From sequence record SRR9188677_231: a stretch of DNA of 34,166 bases. The stretch is one strand, 5' to 3'. The notes under the pieces are model-generated. The model made no database searches, was not told the origin of the DNA, and saw only the letters and a list, made by a program, of their open reading frames with translations. Shown here one piece after another: positions 19,610 to 28,580 of this stretch (the stretch's first letter is position 1; each line of letters opens with the position of its first letter). The position numbers were made by a program, and so were the translations under genes.

Positions 19610-20761
19610 CTAAGAGACCTGCTTACGGTTGCTACCTGCCACCATCTTGATTTCAAATAAACGGCATTCGAGCGGGCCGTTGAACAATGGTGTTTTTTTG
19701 CTTGGGCTTAAGCGCATCAGTTTGGGCATACGTAAATCGTTGGTCAGGAAGTACGTATTCCAGCCACTGAATTGCTGTTTAAGTGTGGCAGCCATTTGTG
19801 GATATAACTCGGCCAGTGTTTCATCTTCACCGATGCGCACACCATATGGTGGATTCGCCACCAGTACGCCGCTGTCGGCGGGTGGAGTGAGTTTGGTAAA
19901 TTCGATATGGCTCAGTTGTACCGCTTCGCTCCAGCCAGCCATTTCCAGGTTTTGTTTGGTGACACGCACGGCTCTAAGATCCATATCTGAACCATAAATC
20001 TTCTGGAAGCTGACAGGTTTCACGGCTTTGGCGGCCGCATTGCGGATTTTCTTGAAAGTATCTGATTCAAAGTTTTTGAGTTTTTCAAAACCGAAATTGC
20101 GGTTCAGGCCTGGCGCAATATTCAGCGCCATCATTACCGCTTCCTGCAGGAAGGTACCGCTACCACACATCGGGTCCAGCAGTGCCTGGCCTGGTTGCCA
20201 GCCGGAAAGTTTTAAAATACCAGCCGCCAGGTTTTCACGCAGCGGCGCTTCAATGGTATTTTTACGGTTGCCGCGCTGGTATAACGGGTTGCCTGATGTA
20301 TCTACATACAGGAGAAAACGGTCACTGGTTAAATAGACATGTACACGGATATCCGGCTCACGTGTGTCAATATTGGGTCGGCTACCCACGGCCTGGCGGA
20401 ATTTATCGCAAATGGCATCCTTGACGCGCAATGTAATGAATTCCAGGCTTTTCAGCGGGCTGCGCACCGCGGTGACTTTCACCATCATGCTGTATTTCAC
20501 ATTGAACCAGTTCGGCCAATTCACTTTAAGTGCACCCTGGTAAATGTCTTCTTCCGTTGCGTACTGTCCGTTGCCGACTTGCATGAGCACACGGGTGGCC
20601 ACGCGTGAATGCAGGTTGATCTGGTAACACACGCCCAGGTCACCGCTAAAGCTGGCACCGCCATCGGTAGGTTTGATGTCATTGGCGCCGCTGAGCTTCA
20701 ATTCCTCAACAAGTAAGGTCTCTAAACCGCGCGGACAGGTTGCAAAATAATGGTTACGCAT
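19610..20761 (-). CDS. THUMP-domain class I SAM RNA methyltransferase (RlmL-like, stand-alone)
   Basis: Motifs FATCPRGLE, EAPLRENLAAG, DPMCGSGT and NPPYG. Confidence 0.88.
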   Translation of the reverse strand: MRNHYFATCPRGLETLLVEELKLSGANDIKPTDGGASFSGDLGVCYQINLHSRVATRVLMQVGNGQYATEEDIYQGALKVNWPNWFNVKYSMMVKVTAVRSPLKSLEFITLRVKDAICDKFRQAVGSRPNIDTREPDIRVHVYLTSDRFLLYVDTSGNPLYQRGNRKNTIEAPLRENLAAGILKLSGWQPGQALLDPMCGSGTFLQEAVMMALNIAPGLNRNFGFEKLKNFESDTFKKIRNAAAKAVKPVSFQKIYGSDMDLRAVRVTKQNLEMAGWSEAVQLSHIEFTKLTPPADSGVLVANPPYGVRIGEDETLAELYPQMAATLKQQFSGWNTYFLTNDLRMPKLMRLSPSKKTPLFNGPLECRLFEIKMVAGSNRKQVS

Positions 20762-20831
20762 TTTTATCTCTGATTTTCTAGTTGAATATCAACTTAATGG
20801 TTGAACAGTCAGCCGCTGTTGCAAGCTTTAA

Positions 20832-21626
20832 CTAATCTCTGCTCAATGTGAATACTTTGCCGTCATTTGGGTTTGCGCCCTGTAAACGGTCAATTAAATC
20901 CAGGAACTGGATTGCATGCGTTTGCATGGCTTCCTGCGCACGTTTCCGCAGTGTGATTAAATCCGGCATGGCCAGTTCAGGCTTAAAGCCAAACACAATG
21001 ATATTGCCCGGTTTGCCGGTAGGCATCATCAACACGCGCTGGTCAAATGTTTGCTCGATGCGCTGCATGTAGATATCAAACTTTTTGTCTGAACCCCATA
21101 AGTTGATGGCAAACAGGCCATCCGGCGTCAATGCCTCGGCGCAATCGTCAAAAAATGCCTGCGTGCAAAAGTCAGGCGGCAGGCCGTTGCTGCCAAACGC
21201 ATCCATCATGAGCCAGTCACAACTCCCAAGATGCTGCTGGATATAGGCAATACCGTCACCTTCAATAATGTTCAGCCGCTCATCATTCTCCGGCACAAAA
21301 AAATGGCTGCGCGCGACCTGGATAACTTGCGGGTTCAGTTCAATGACAGTTTGCTTGATCTGTGGGCAGGCTTGCCAGACATATTTGGCAATCGATCCGC
21401 CGCCCAGCCCTACAAGTACGGCATTGCGGACATCCGGCTTGAACAACAGGCTGCTCAGCATACCCCATGAATACGCCAGTACCAGCGCAAACGGGTCTTT
21501 CACCTTCATGCTGCTTTGAATTGTCGGCGAACCCAGGTGCATAGAGCGCACGCCATCGACTTCGGTGACTTCGACCATTTCGAGATCAGAAATCGCTTTA
21601 TGAATTTTACGGTTAAATTTAAACAT
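20832..21626 (-). CDS. Spermidine synthase-like SAM-dependent protein
   Basis: Motifs RSMHLGSPTIQSSM, VGLGGGS, IELNPQV and DAF. Confidence 0.8.
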   Translation of the reverse strand: MFKFNRKIHKAISDLEMVEVTEVDGVRSMHLGSPTIQSSMKVKDPFALVLAYSWGMLSSLLFKPDVRNAVLVGLGGGSIAKYVWQACPQIKQTVIELNPQVIQVARSHFFVPENDERLNIIEGDGIAYIQQHLGSCDWLMMDAFGSNGLPPDFCTQAFFDDCAEALTPDGLFAINLWGSDKKFDIYMQRIEQTFDQRVLMMPTGKPGNIIVFGFKPELAMPDLITLRKRAQEAMQTHAIQFLDLIDRLQGANPNDGKVFTLSRD

Positions 21627-23539
21627 TATGCGTTTTCCGCCGCATCTGCAGGCGTGTCCCCTGTTTCGGCGACTGAGGCTATTTCAGTGTTGTCAGCGAC
21701 CGTTTCTTCAATCACGCGCAAGAACTTGCACTCAAGTTCCATCAGCAAAGTATCTATTTTTTGAACTGACAATTGCACTTTGCTGCCAGGCTTTATCACC
21801 GGCATGCCATAGACTTTGGTCATGTAAGGCAAGCCGCTGAGGCGGACCAGGTTCTCGCGCCAGACGGTGGCTTCCACTTCCTGGATGTTTTCCTGTACCA
21901 GGTATTGCAGGCACCAGTAGCGCTCCATACGGGTCTGGAATTCGTTATAGGCATTGTAAGTCTGGTCAAAATTGCGCATATGACCGACGATTTCATCGCT
22001 ATTGACGGCGTAGACTGGTTCCTGCATCGTCAATACGCTGATAATCTGGCGTTGATTGATTAAATCAACCGCACGTCGCAGCGGAGAAGTACACCAGGCA
22101 TATTGCGCCACACCTAACCCCTGGTGACCCTCGGCCTTGGTTGTCATATACACTTTGCCGCCATTCTGTGCACGGTAAATCCCCGGCACATTATGCTCAG
22201 CCAGCAATAAACCCCACTGGCTATTCGCGGCAATCATTAATTCAGCCACCAGTTTATCCATAGGCGAACCGCGCTGGCGGTTGATGATGCTGACGATCCC
22301 ATCGGTAACGTAGAAATTGTAATCTACCGGTTGCGGCCTGGTCGGGTCGTATTTGCCACGCGCTTTTTCCAGGCTTTCAGCAAAGTGGAACAGGAACACC
22401 AGCGGCTGCCACAACGGGTGGCCGCTATCGGTCTCCAGCGTATTCTCGTTAAAATAAGGCTCTAAAGTGTCATGGCGCAAGTTGTGCGCGATCTGCACGC
22501 GTTCCAGGCGGCTATGCTGTTGGACAACGCTGAAATCAGCGGCAACTTCCAGATACAGCGACAAGGCAGGCTTGGATTCGCCGGCATCGAGGCTGAACGG
22601 GCGGATGGCGGTTTCGGGCAGCATGGTGATTTTATGACCAGGCATATACACGGTAGACAAACGTTTCATGACTTCGTGATCTAATGACTCACGCGGCGTC
22701 ACCCCCAATGCTGGCGCGGCAATATGAATACCTACTTGCGTATTGCCGTTTGGCAAGGTTGTCACGGATAAAGCATCATCAATCTCGGTAGTCGTGCTGT
22801 CATCGATGCTGAATGCCTGCACTGCTGATATTGGCAGATCCTCAGGCAAAGCACCCAATGAGAACTCAGGGAACGCAGTGCCATTGGCAAAATACTCACG
22901 CAAAAAAGCGCCGAGGTGATAATCGTGGATAGACGGGATCGCACCAGCATCGTACAGCACCTGCACCGGTAACTTTTTGAGCTCGGTGGCCGCTTGCTCC
23001 AGCGCTTTCCATTCCATGGCGTTTTTATCCGGCGCATACAGCAATTGGTCGAGCTTGGCAGAGAAGCTTTCTGGCAATTGTTTGGCGGTCAGCTGCGCGG
23101 TCATAGTCGCCATCAGCTCGGCTTGCTGGCGTTTTTTCTCGACGCCAGCCATGGCAGCTTTCAAGGTTTCTTGCGGCGCGGCTTTATACTGCCCTTTACC
23201 CTTGCGATAAAAATACATGGGTGCACTGTGCAGTTTGATCGCAATCGCCGCTGCTTGCTGGCGGCTGGGTTTGCCGCCATAGTATTCTTGCGCCAGTGAC
23301 TCAAAACCGAATTCTGATTCACCGCTGCATTCCCACAAGAAATCAGTATCCAGGGTTTCTGCTTCAGTTTGTGCGGCCTCAAGAAAACCGGAAAGGCTGC
23401 CCTCAAAGCGCATTAACACATTGGCGGTTTTGATCTTGCTGCGTTTGCCAGTGCTGGCCTCGACTTGCATGCTGCTGTCAGCTTCAGTCATGATGGAAGC
23501 GACTTTGAAGCCACCGTCTTCTTCGTAAAAAACATTCAT
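21626..23539 (-). CDS. RNB-domain exoribonuclease (RNase II family, betaproteobacterial type)
   Basis: Catalytic motif SIDDSTTTEIDDALS, plus IHIAAP, STVYMPG and TSPLRR. The probable start is MNVFYEE at 23539; the ORF track extends to 23581. Confidence 0.88.
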   Translation of the reverse strand: MNVFYEEDGGFKVASIMTEADSSMQVEASTGKRSKIKTANVLMRFEGSLSGFLEAAQTEAETLDTDFLWECSGESEFGFESLAQEYYGGKPSRQQAAAIAIKLHSAPMYFYRKGKGQYKAAPQETLKAAMAGVEKKRQQAELMATMTAQLTAKQLPESFSAKLDQLLYAPDKNAMEWKALEQAATELKKLPVQVLYDAGAIPSIHDYHLGAFLREYFANGTAFPEFSLGALPEDLPISAVQAFSIDDSTTTEIDDALSVTTLPNGNTQVGIHIAAPALGVTPRESLDHEVMKRLSTVYMPGHKITMLPETAIRPFSLDAGESKPALSLYLEVAADFSVVQQHSRLERVQIAHNLRHDTLEPYFNENTLETDSGHPLWQPLVFLFHFAESLEKARGKYDPTRPQPVDYNFYVTDGIVSIINRQRGSPMDKLVAELMIAANSQWGLLLAEHNVPGIYRAQNGGKVYMTTKAEGHQGLGVAQYAWCTSPLRRAVDLINQRQIISVLTMQEPVYAVNSDEIVGHMRNFDQTYNAYNEFQTRMERYWCLQYLVQENIQEVEATVWRENLVRLSGLPYMTKVYGMPVIKPGSKVQLSVQKIDTLLMELECKFLRVIEETVADNTEIASVAETGDTPADAAENA

Positions 23540-23710
23540 TGCGGGAGATTTGAGGTGTGGATGACACACGATTGAATTCAAAACGCTATTTTACCCGAGA
23601 AGCATGTACTTTTTGGCAGAGATTGAACTTTAGCCGGTTGCGGTGACTAAATTAAGCCAGGTGTTAATTAACATAGTCGTCATAAAGGGATACCCTCTAC
23701 AATAGAGAAT

Positions 23711-25297
23711 ATGAAACCGCTGATATTTGATAACCGTTTTATTCGTGAACTACCCGGTGACCGCATTACCGATAACTACACCCGCCAGGTAAGCGATTGC
23801 CTGTGGTCAGCCGTGCAACCGACGCCGGTCAAGCAACCCAAATTACTTGCTTACAGTCCGGAGGTAGCTGCCATGCTGGGCCTGAGCGAAGCTGATATGC
23901 ATGATCCGGAGATGGTACAAACGCTAGGCGGCAACGGTGCCTTGCAAGGCATGTTTACCTATGCGACGCGATACGGTGGCCATCAGTTTGGCAACTGGGC
24001 CGGGCAACTGGGAGATGGACGTGCTATCTATCTGGGTGAGTTAGTTCATCAGCAGAATCGTTTTGAGCTGCAACTCAAAGGTGCTGGCGAAACGCCCTAC
24101 TCACGACGTGCTGATGGCCGCGCCGTATTGCGCTCCAGCCTGCGTGAATTTTTATGCTCCGAAGCCATGCATCATCTGGGCATCCCCACCACCCGCGCCT
24201 TAAGCCTGGTCACGACTGGCGATTCCGTGGTGCGCGATATGTTTTATGACGGTAACCCTGAGTTCGAGCCAGGTGCGATTGTTTGCCGGGTAGCGCCTTC
24301 ATTTATCCGTTTCGGCCACTTTGAAATACTTGCCAGCCGCAATGAGTTGCCGCTACTCAAGCATTTTATCGGGTTTACGATAGACAGGGATTATGCCGAT
24401 TGGTGGCCCAGCACAGGTTTGCTGCTGGATGTGGATAATCCAGGCCCAGGGATGATTGAAGCGTGGTTCAGCGAAATATGCGCCCGCACCGCGATCATGG
24501 TCGCGCACTGGATGCGGGTTGGCTTTGTGCATGGCGTCATGAACACCGACAACATGTCTATTCTCGGCCTGACCATTGATTATGGCCCATATGGCTGGGT
24601 AGATAATTTTGACCCGGGATGGACACCGAATACTACTGACGCACAAGGTCGTCGTTACTGTTTTGGTCGCCAACCGGATATCGCGCGCTGGAATCTTGAG
24701 AGGTTAGCAGACGCACTGGCAACTGTGCTGCCTGAAAACAATGATCTATCAAATGGACTCAATCATTTTGACACGGTGTATTTTGATGCACTGACGACAT
24801 CGCTGGCTGGCAAATTTGGCCTGGATGCCTGGCAAAACGGCGATGGCGAGTTGATCAATGAAATCTTTGAGCTGATGCAGCGCGCAGAAGTTGACCAGAC
24901 TTTATTTTTTACCCAGCTCAAGCAGCTGGACATCAACCAACCGCAAGTCGCCGTGCTTACGGAAGCTTTCTACACGGAACAAGGCTTGAAACAATTTGGG
25001 GAAGATATTCAAAGCTGGTTGCATCGCTATAGTCAGCGTTTGCAGCAATCAACACTTTCGCCAGAACAACGGCTGCAACGCATGTCAGAAAATAACCCGA
25101 TTTATGTGTTGCGTAACTACCTTGCTCAGGAGGCGATTGACCTCGCCACCCAGGGCGATAATTCACGGCTGCTGACCTTGCTTGAAGTATTGCGTAACCC
25201 ATACACCGAGCAGCCTTGCATGTCTGCATTCGCTCAAAAACGCCCGGACTGGGCCAGGCAAAAAGCCGGTTGCTCGATGTTATCCTGTAGCTCATAA
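23711..25297 (+). CDS. ydiU: SelO/YdiU protein adenylyl-/uridylyltransferase
   Basis: Motifs GQLGDGRA, QLKGAGETPYSRRADGRAVLRSSLREFL, HGVMNTDN and IDYGPY; C-terminal CSMLSCSS. Confidence 0.95.
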   Translation: MKPLIFDNRFIRELPGDRITDNYTRQVSDCLWSAVQPTPVKQPKLLAYSPEVAAMLGLSEADMHDPEMVQTLGGNGALQGMFTYATRYGGHQFGNWAGQLGDGRAIYLGELVHQQNRFELQLKGAGETPYSRRADGRAVLRSSLREFLCSEAMHHLGIPTTRALSLVTTGDSVVRDMFYDGNPEFEPGAIVCRVAPSFIRFGHFEILASRNELPLLKHFIGFTIDRDYADWWPSTGLLLDVDNPGPGMIEAWFSEICARTAIMVAHWMRVGFVHGVMNTDNMSILGLTIDYGPYGWVDNFDPGWTPNTTDAQGRRYCFGRQPDIARWNLERLADALATVLPENNDLSNGLNHFDTVYFDALTTSLAGKFGLDAWQNGDGELINEIFELMQRAEVDQTLFFTQLKQLDINQPQVAVLTEAFYTEQGLKQFGEDIQSWLHRYSQRLQQSTLSPEQRLQRMSENNPIYVLRNYLAQEAIDLATQGDNSRLLTLLEVLRNPYTEQPCMSAFAQKRPDWARQKAGCSMLSCSS

Positions 25298-25301
25298 TTA
25301 A

Positions 25302-25458
25302 GGAAACGCGGAATAAGTGTCTGCGCAAGCGAATTGCCGCGTTGCGCGAGACTTTATGAATACAGCTTCGCAACCTCGCCGTACTAAAGTACTGTATCGG
25401 TTTCTGCGTTCCGTGCGCCTTGCACTTCATCTTGCTCAATCACTTATTGCGTGTTTCC
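25302..25458. mobile_element. 157-bp MITE (non-autonomous element) with 18-bp terminal inverted repeats and a TAA target-site duplication
   Basis: Left TIR GGAAACGCGGAATAAGTG (25302-25319) versus the reverse complement of the right TIR, GGAAACACGCAATAAGTG (25441-25458): 16/18 identical. Flanked by TAA at 25299-25301 and 25459-25461. Has internal hairpins and no transposase. Confidence 0.8.
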
Positions 25459-25473
25459 TAAGCAAAATAAACT

Positions 25474-25926
25474 ATGCTGACTGCTGAACAATTAATTACC
25501 GATGCTGGCTTGCGCCCGACCAAAGCCAGGGTTGCAGTATTGAATACCCTGTTAACATCCACCAACGCACTTAGTCACCCGGATATTCTGGCGGCTTTGC
25601 AAGGCGTGGAGATAGACCGCGTGACAGTATACAGAGTGCTTGATTGGTTGCTGGAAAATAGCTTGATTCATAAAATTTCCAGCGATGACCGCGCCTGGAA
25701 ATTCCAGCTGAATGCGCCTAAACGCAACTATCGCAGTGCAGACACAGCCCATCTAGGCCTACTAAATAACCACGGTCACGCACATTTGCACTGCCAGCAA
25801 TGCGGGACTGTATTGTGCATACACGAGCTGGCGGCGCACATTCCGCAATCATTATTTGATACTTACCGTGTATCGAATATCGAAATCAGCCTGAAAGGGC
25901 TTTGCCTGGATTGCCAGCAATCCTGA
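25474..25926 (+). CDS. zur: Fur-family transcriptional regulator, probably Zur
   Basis: Motifs GLRPTKAR, DRVTVYRVLDWL, HGHAHLHCQQCG and GLCLDC. Zur identity is inferred from the adjacent dksA2/COG0523 island and the palindromic boxes. Confidence 0.75.
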   Translation: MLTAEQLITDAGLRPTKARVAVLNTLLTSTNALSHPDILAALQGVEIDRVTVYRVLDWLLENSLIHKISSDDRAWKFQLNAPKRNYRSADTAHLGLLNNHGHAHLHCQQCGTVLCIHELAAHIPQSLFDTYRVSNIEISLKGLCLDCQQS

Positions 25927-25985
25927 GTGTTTCACGCTTCCACATTTAAACCTCAAGATACTAAACACGTTAGAGTTAATACTTA

Positions 25986-26057
25986 AATTGCAACATAGTT
26001 GCAATTAATTCCATATCAACTTAAAATGCAACAAAATTGCATTGCAACCAAGTTGCG
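25986..26057 (+). promoter_or_regulatory. Three TGCAAC-N3-GTTGCA palindromes (putative Zur boxes) overlapping a sigma-70 promoter
   Basis: AATTGCAAC-ATA-GTTGCAATT (25986-26006, perfect), AATGCAAC-AAA-ATTGCATT (26025-26043) and TGCAAC-CAA-GTTGCG (26043-26057). Promoter: -35 TTGCAA (25999-26004), 17 bp, -10 TAAAAT (26022-26027). Confidence 0.8.
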
Positions 26058-26059
26058 TA

Positions 26060-26467
26060 ATGATGTTGACTCCTGGTGAATTACTTTCCATGCCTGAAAC
26101 TGCCTATATGAATGCCGGACAACTCGCATTCTTTAAAACACTGTTGCTCACGGAACTAGAAACCTTGCAAGCCAATATGCAACTCACCAGCGTGCATTTG
26201 CACGAGCAGCAGGAAACACCGGACCCGGCCGACAGGGCCACCCAGGAAGAAACACACGGCCTGGAACTACGCGCGCGGGAACGGGAGCGCAAACATATCA
26301 AAACGATACAGTCTGCCTTGTTGCGGATAACCACCGTCCAGTATGGTTATTGCGAAGAAACCGGCGAGCCCATTGGGCTGGCACGCCTGATTGCACGGCC
26401 CACCACAAAACTATGTCTGGAAGCGCAAGAGCGCCATGAGCGCCGCGAACGGCAATTCAATCACTAG
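26060..26467 (+). CDS. dksA: Zinc-independent DksA paralog (DksA2-type)
   Basis: [10 protein letters not shown]; coiled-coil tip [11 protein letters not shown] (DxxDxA); the finger region [29 protein letters not shown] reads CxxT...CxxA instead of the four-Cys zinc finger. Start is ATG 26060 or 26063. Confidence 0.9.
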   Translation: MMLTPGELLSMPETAYMNAGQLAFFKTLLLTELETLQANMQLTSVHLHEQQETPDPADRATQEETHGLELRARERERKHIKTIQSALLRITTVQYGYCEETGEPIGLARLIARPTTKLCLEAQERHERRERQFNH

Positions 26468-26487
26468 AAAAAACGAAGGAAAACGCC

Positions 26488-27723
26488 ATGAAAAAACTCC
26501 CTGTGACAGTACTCTCCGGCTTTCTAGGTGCTGGCAAAACCACCCTGCTCAACCATATCCTCAATAACCGCGAAGGCAAGCGGGTGGCAGTCATTGTTAA
26601 CGATATGTCGGATGTGAACATAGACGCGCAACTGGTGCGTGATGGCGGTGCTGAGTTATCACGCCAGGAAGAAAAGCTGGTAGAGATGAGTAATGGTTGC
26701 ATCTGCTGTACTTTACGTGAAGATTTGCTGGTGGAAATCACGCGCCTGGCGAAAGAAAACCGTTTTGATTACCTGCTGATTGAAACCACCGGCATTTCAG
26801 AGCCTTTACCGATTGCCGAAACGTTTACCTTTGCCGATGAAGAGGGCATTTCGCTGGCGGATGTTGCACAGCTGGATACCATGGTGACCGTGGTGGATGG
26901 TTATCACTTCCTCAAAGACTATAGTTCTCAAACATTGCTCAGTGAGCGTGGCGAATCACTGGGTGAAGAAGACCAGCGTACGGTGGTTGATTTGCTGGTT
27001 GACCAGATTGAGTTTTGCGATGTGCTACTGCTGAATAAAACTGACCTGATGACGCTGGAAGAAATAGCGCAACTGGAAGGTATTTTAAAAGCTTTGAACC
27101 CACGTGCTCACATCCTCCACAGCAGTTTTGGCAAAGTGCCGCTTAACCGCATTATGAATACCGGATTGTTTGATTTTGACCTGGCAGCCGATGCGCCTGG
27201 CTGGCTGCAGGAATTACGCGGCGAGCATGTGCCTGAGACGGAGGAATATGGCATTTCCAGCTTTGTCTACCGTTCGCGCAAGCCTTTTCATCCGCAACGG
27301 TTATGGCAATGGCTCAATACCGAGTGGCTAGGCGTGGTCAGATCCAAAGGACGTTACTGGATTGCCTCTCGCCCTGAGTTGTGCGTCATGTGGTCCCAGG
27401 CAGGCGCCGTCACGCGTACGGAACTGGCCGGCATCTGGTGGGCAGCGACCGCGAGCGAGCATTGGCCGGACGATACGGAAAGCCTGCAAGAGATACACGC
27501 ACGCATGCAAGCACCGTACGGCGACCGTCAGCAAGAACTGGTGATTATTGGCATGCATATGCAGAAAGAAGCCCTGATCGCCGGTTTTGATGCCTGCCTG
27601 CTAACCGAGCATGAGATTGCTTTGGGTATGGATGCCTGGCGTAGACTCCCCGATCCATTCCCGCGGTGGTCAATGGGTGAGCATGATGAAATAGAGCAAC
27701 AAGTGACAGAGGAAATGGTGTAA
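26488..27723 (+). CDS. COG0523 G3E GTPase zinc metallochaperone (ZigA/YciC/CobW family)
   Basis: Motifs [15 protein letters not shown] (CxCC), ETTG and NKTD; CobW_C domain ([16 protein letters not shown]); SD AAGGA. Confidence 0.93.
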   Translation: MKKLPVTVLSGFLGAGKTTLLNHILNNREGKRVAVIVNDMSDVNIDAQLVRDGGAELSRQEEKLVEMSNGCICCTLREDLLVEITRLAKENRFDYLLIETTGISEPLPIAETFTFADEEGISLADVAQLDTMVTVVDGYHFLKDYSSQTLLSERGESLGEEDQRTVVDLLVDQIEFCDVLLLNKTDLMTLEEIAQLEGILKALNPRAHILHSSFGKVPLNRIMNTGLFDFDLAADAPGWLQELRGEHVPETEEYGISSFVYRSRKPFHPQRLWQWLNTEWLGVVRSKGRYWIASRPELCVMWSQAGAVTRTELAGIWWAATASEHWPDDTESLQEIHARMQAPYGDRQQELVIIGMHMQKEALIAGFDACLLTEHEIALGMDAWRRLPDPFPRWSMGEHDEIEQQVTEEMV

Positions 27724-27725
27724 TC

Positions 27726-28400
27726 ATGCGCCACACCACGCAAATTCCGCCTCAGACCACTTCGTTGCCCGGCATGAATATAGATTTTGACGCGATGGAA
27801 TGTCTGTCTATTTTTGAACCCTCACAACAAGTAGGTATTGTCACAAGGCCTAACAACCCAAGAATATCTGCTTATTTGCAGCAATTCAGCAACCAGCTCA
27901 GCGCTGGCAGCAGGCTGACGACAAGACAAAAAGAAACAATGCCTGCCCTGCTTGACCGACAACTACGTCTACCTGAAGGCATCGGCAAACAAGATTTGCT
28001 CGCTGATATCTGCCTGCTGGTTAAGCTTTATGCTGACCTGATGGATTGTCCTTCGGTAGGCATCAGGCTGGAAGTGCTGAAGCATGCCATGTGCCCTAAG
28101 TTTCATATTGACCGCACCGGCATCCGCCTGCTGTGCACTTATCTCGGCCCAGGTACTGAATGGCTGGACGAAGCATTTTGCAATAGGAATGCATTTGCCA
28201 GCACACACCCGACCGATGAAATATTCAACCAATCGCTAGTCCTGCATCCTCGAGGCATACGTCAGGCGCCTGAGCAAGCATTGGTATTGCTAAAAGGCAG
28301 TTTGTGGCAAGGTAATCAACATAGCGGCGCTATTCATCGCTCACCCCAGATAGCAGAAACTACGACACGTGTGGTGCTGGCATTAGATGCGATCTGGTGA
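27726..28400 (+). CDS. DUF1826-family protein
   Basis: Motifs MCPKFHID, RLLCTYLGPGTEW and LLKG..W....GAIHRSP; usual neighbour of COG0523. Confidence 0.82.
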   Translation: MRHTTQIPPQTTSLPGMNIDFDAMECLSIFEPSQQVGIVTRPNNPRISAYLQQFSNQLSAGSRLTTRQKETMPALLDRQLRLPEGIGKQDLLADICLLVKLYADLMDCPSVGIRLEVLKHAMCPKFHIDRTGIRLLCTYLGPGTEWLDEAFCNRNAFASTHPTDEIFNQSLVLHPRGIRQAPEQALVLLKGSLWQGNQHSGAIHRSPQIAETTTRVVLALDAIW

Positions 28401-28421
28401 TCAATCGAATTAATAAATGCT

Positions 28422-28457
28422 CATAAAAGTGACACGGAATCCCATAAAAGTATCACG
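28422..28457 (+). promoter_or_regulatory. 15-bp direct repeat with 21-bp period upstream of the TonB receptor (possible TF site)
   Basis: CATAAAAGTGACACG (28422-28436) and CATAAAAGTATCACG (28443-28457) are 13/15 identical. Confidence 0.45.
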
Positions 28458-28580
28458 ACGTCTACCTCATGTTTTTTTGTGAATGACAGTCAGGTTTTTT
28501 AGTCAGAAAGCTAAATTGACGGACTTATAATGATGAGATTGTCCGGATAAATCTAAAATAAATCCTCAGGGAAGAGAAAC

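Noticed and set aside
23662-23673. Perfect palindrome TGTTAATTAACA in the rnb/selO divergent region
   Set aside because: A short, AT-rich single occurrence; cannot be distinguished from chance or assigned to a regulator.
25270-25360. Selenocysteine or SECIS in selO
   Set aside because: The gene ends TGT AGC TCA TAA (C-S-S-stop) with no in-frame TGA. The downstream hairpins belong to the MITE.
24957-25439. 160-aa minus-strand ORF spanning the MITE, considered as a transposase
   Set aside because: No DDE or HTH features, and mostly antisense to selO; a shadow ORF.
26042-26059. TTG start extending DksA to 141 aa
   Set aside because: It lies inside the operator boxes just after the predicted TSS; ATG 26060/26063 fits the DksA N-terminus better.
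28516-28531. TTGACG...TATAAT as a sigma-70 promoter for the receptor
   Set aside because: The hexamers are only a few bases apart, not ~17.
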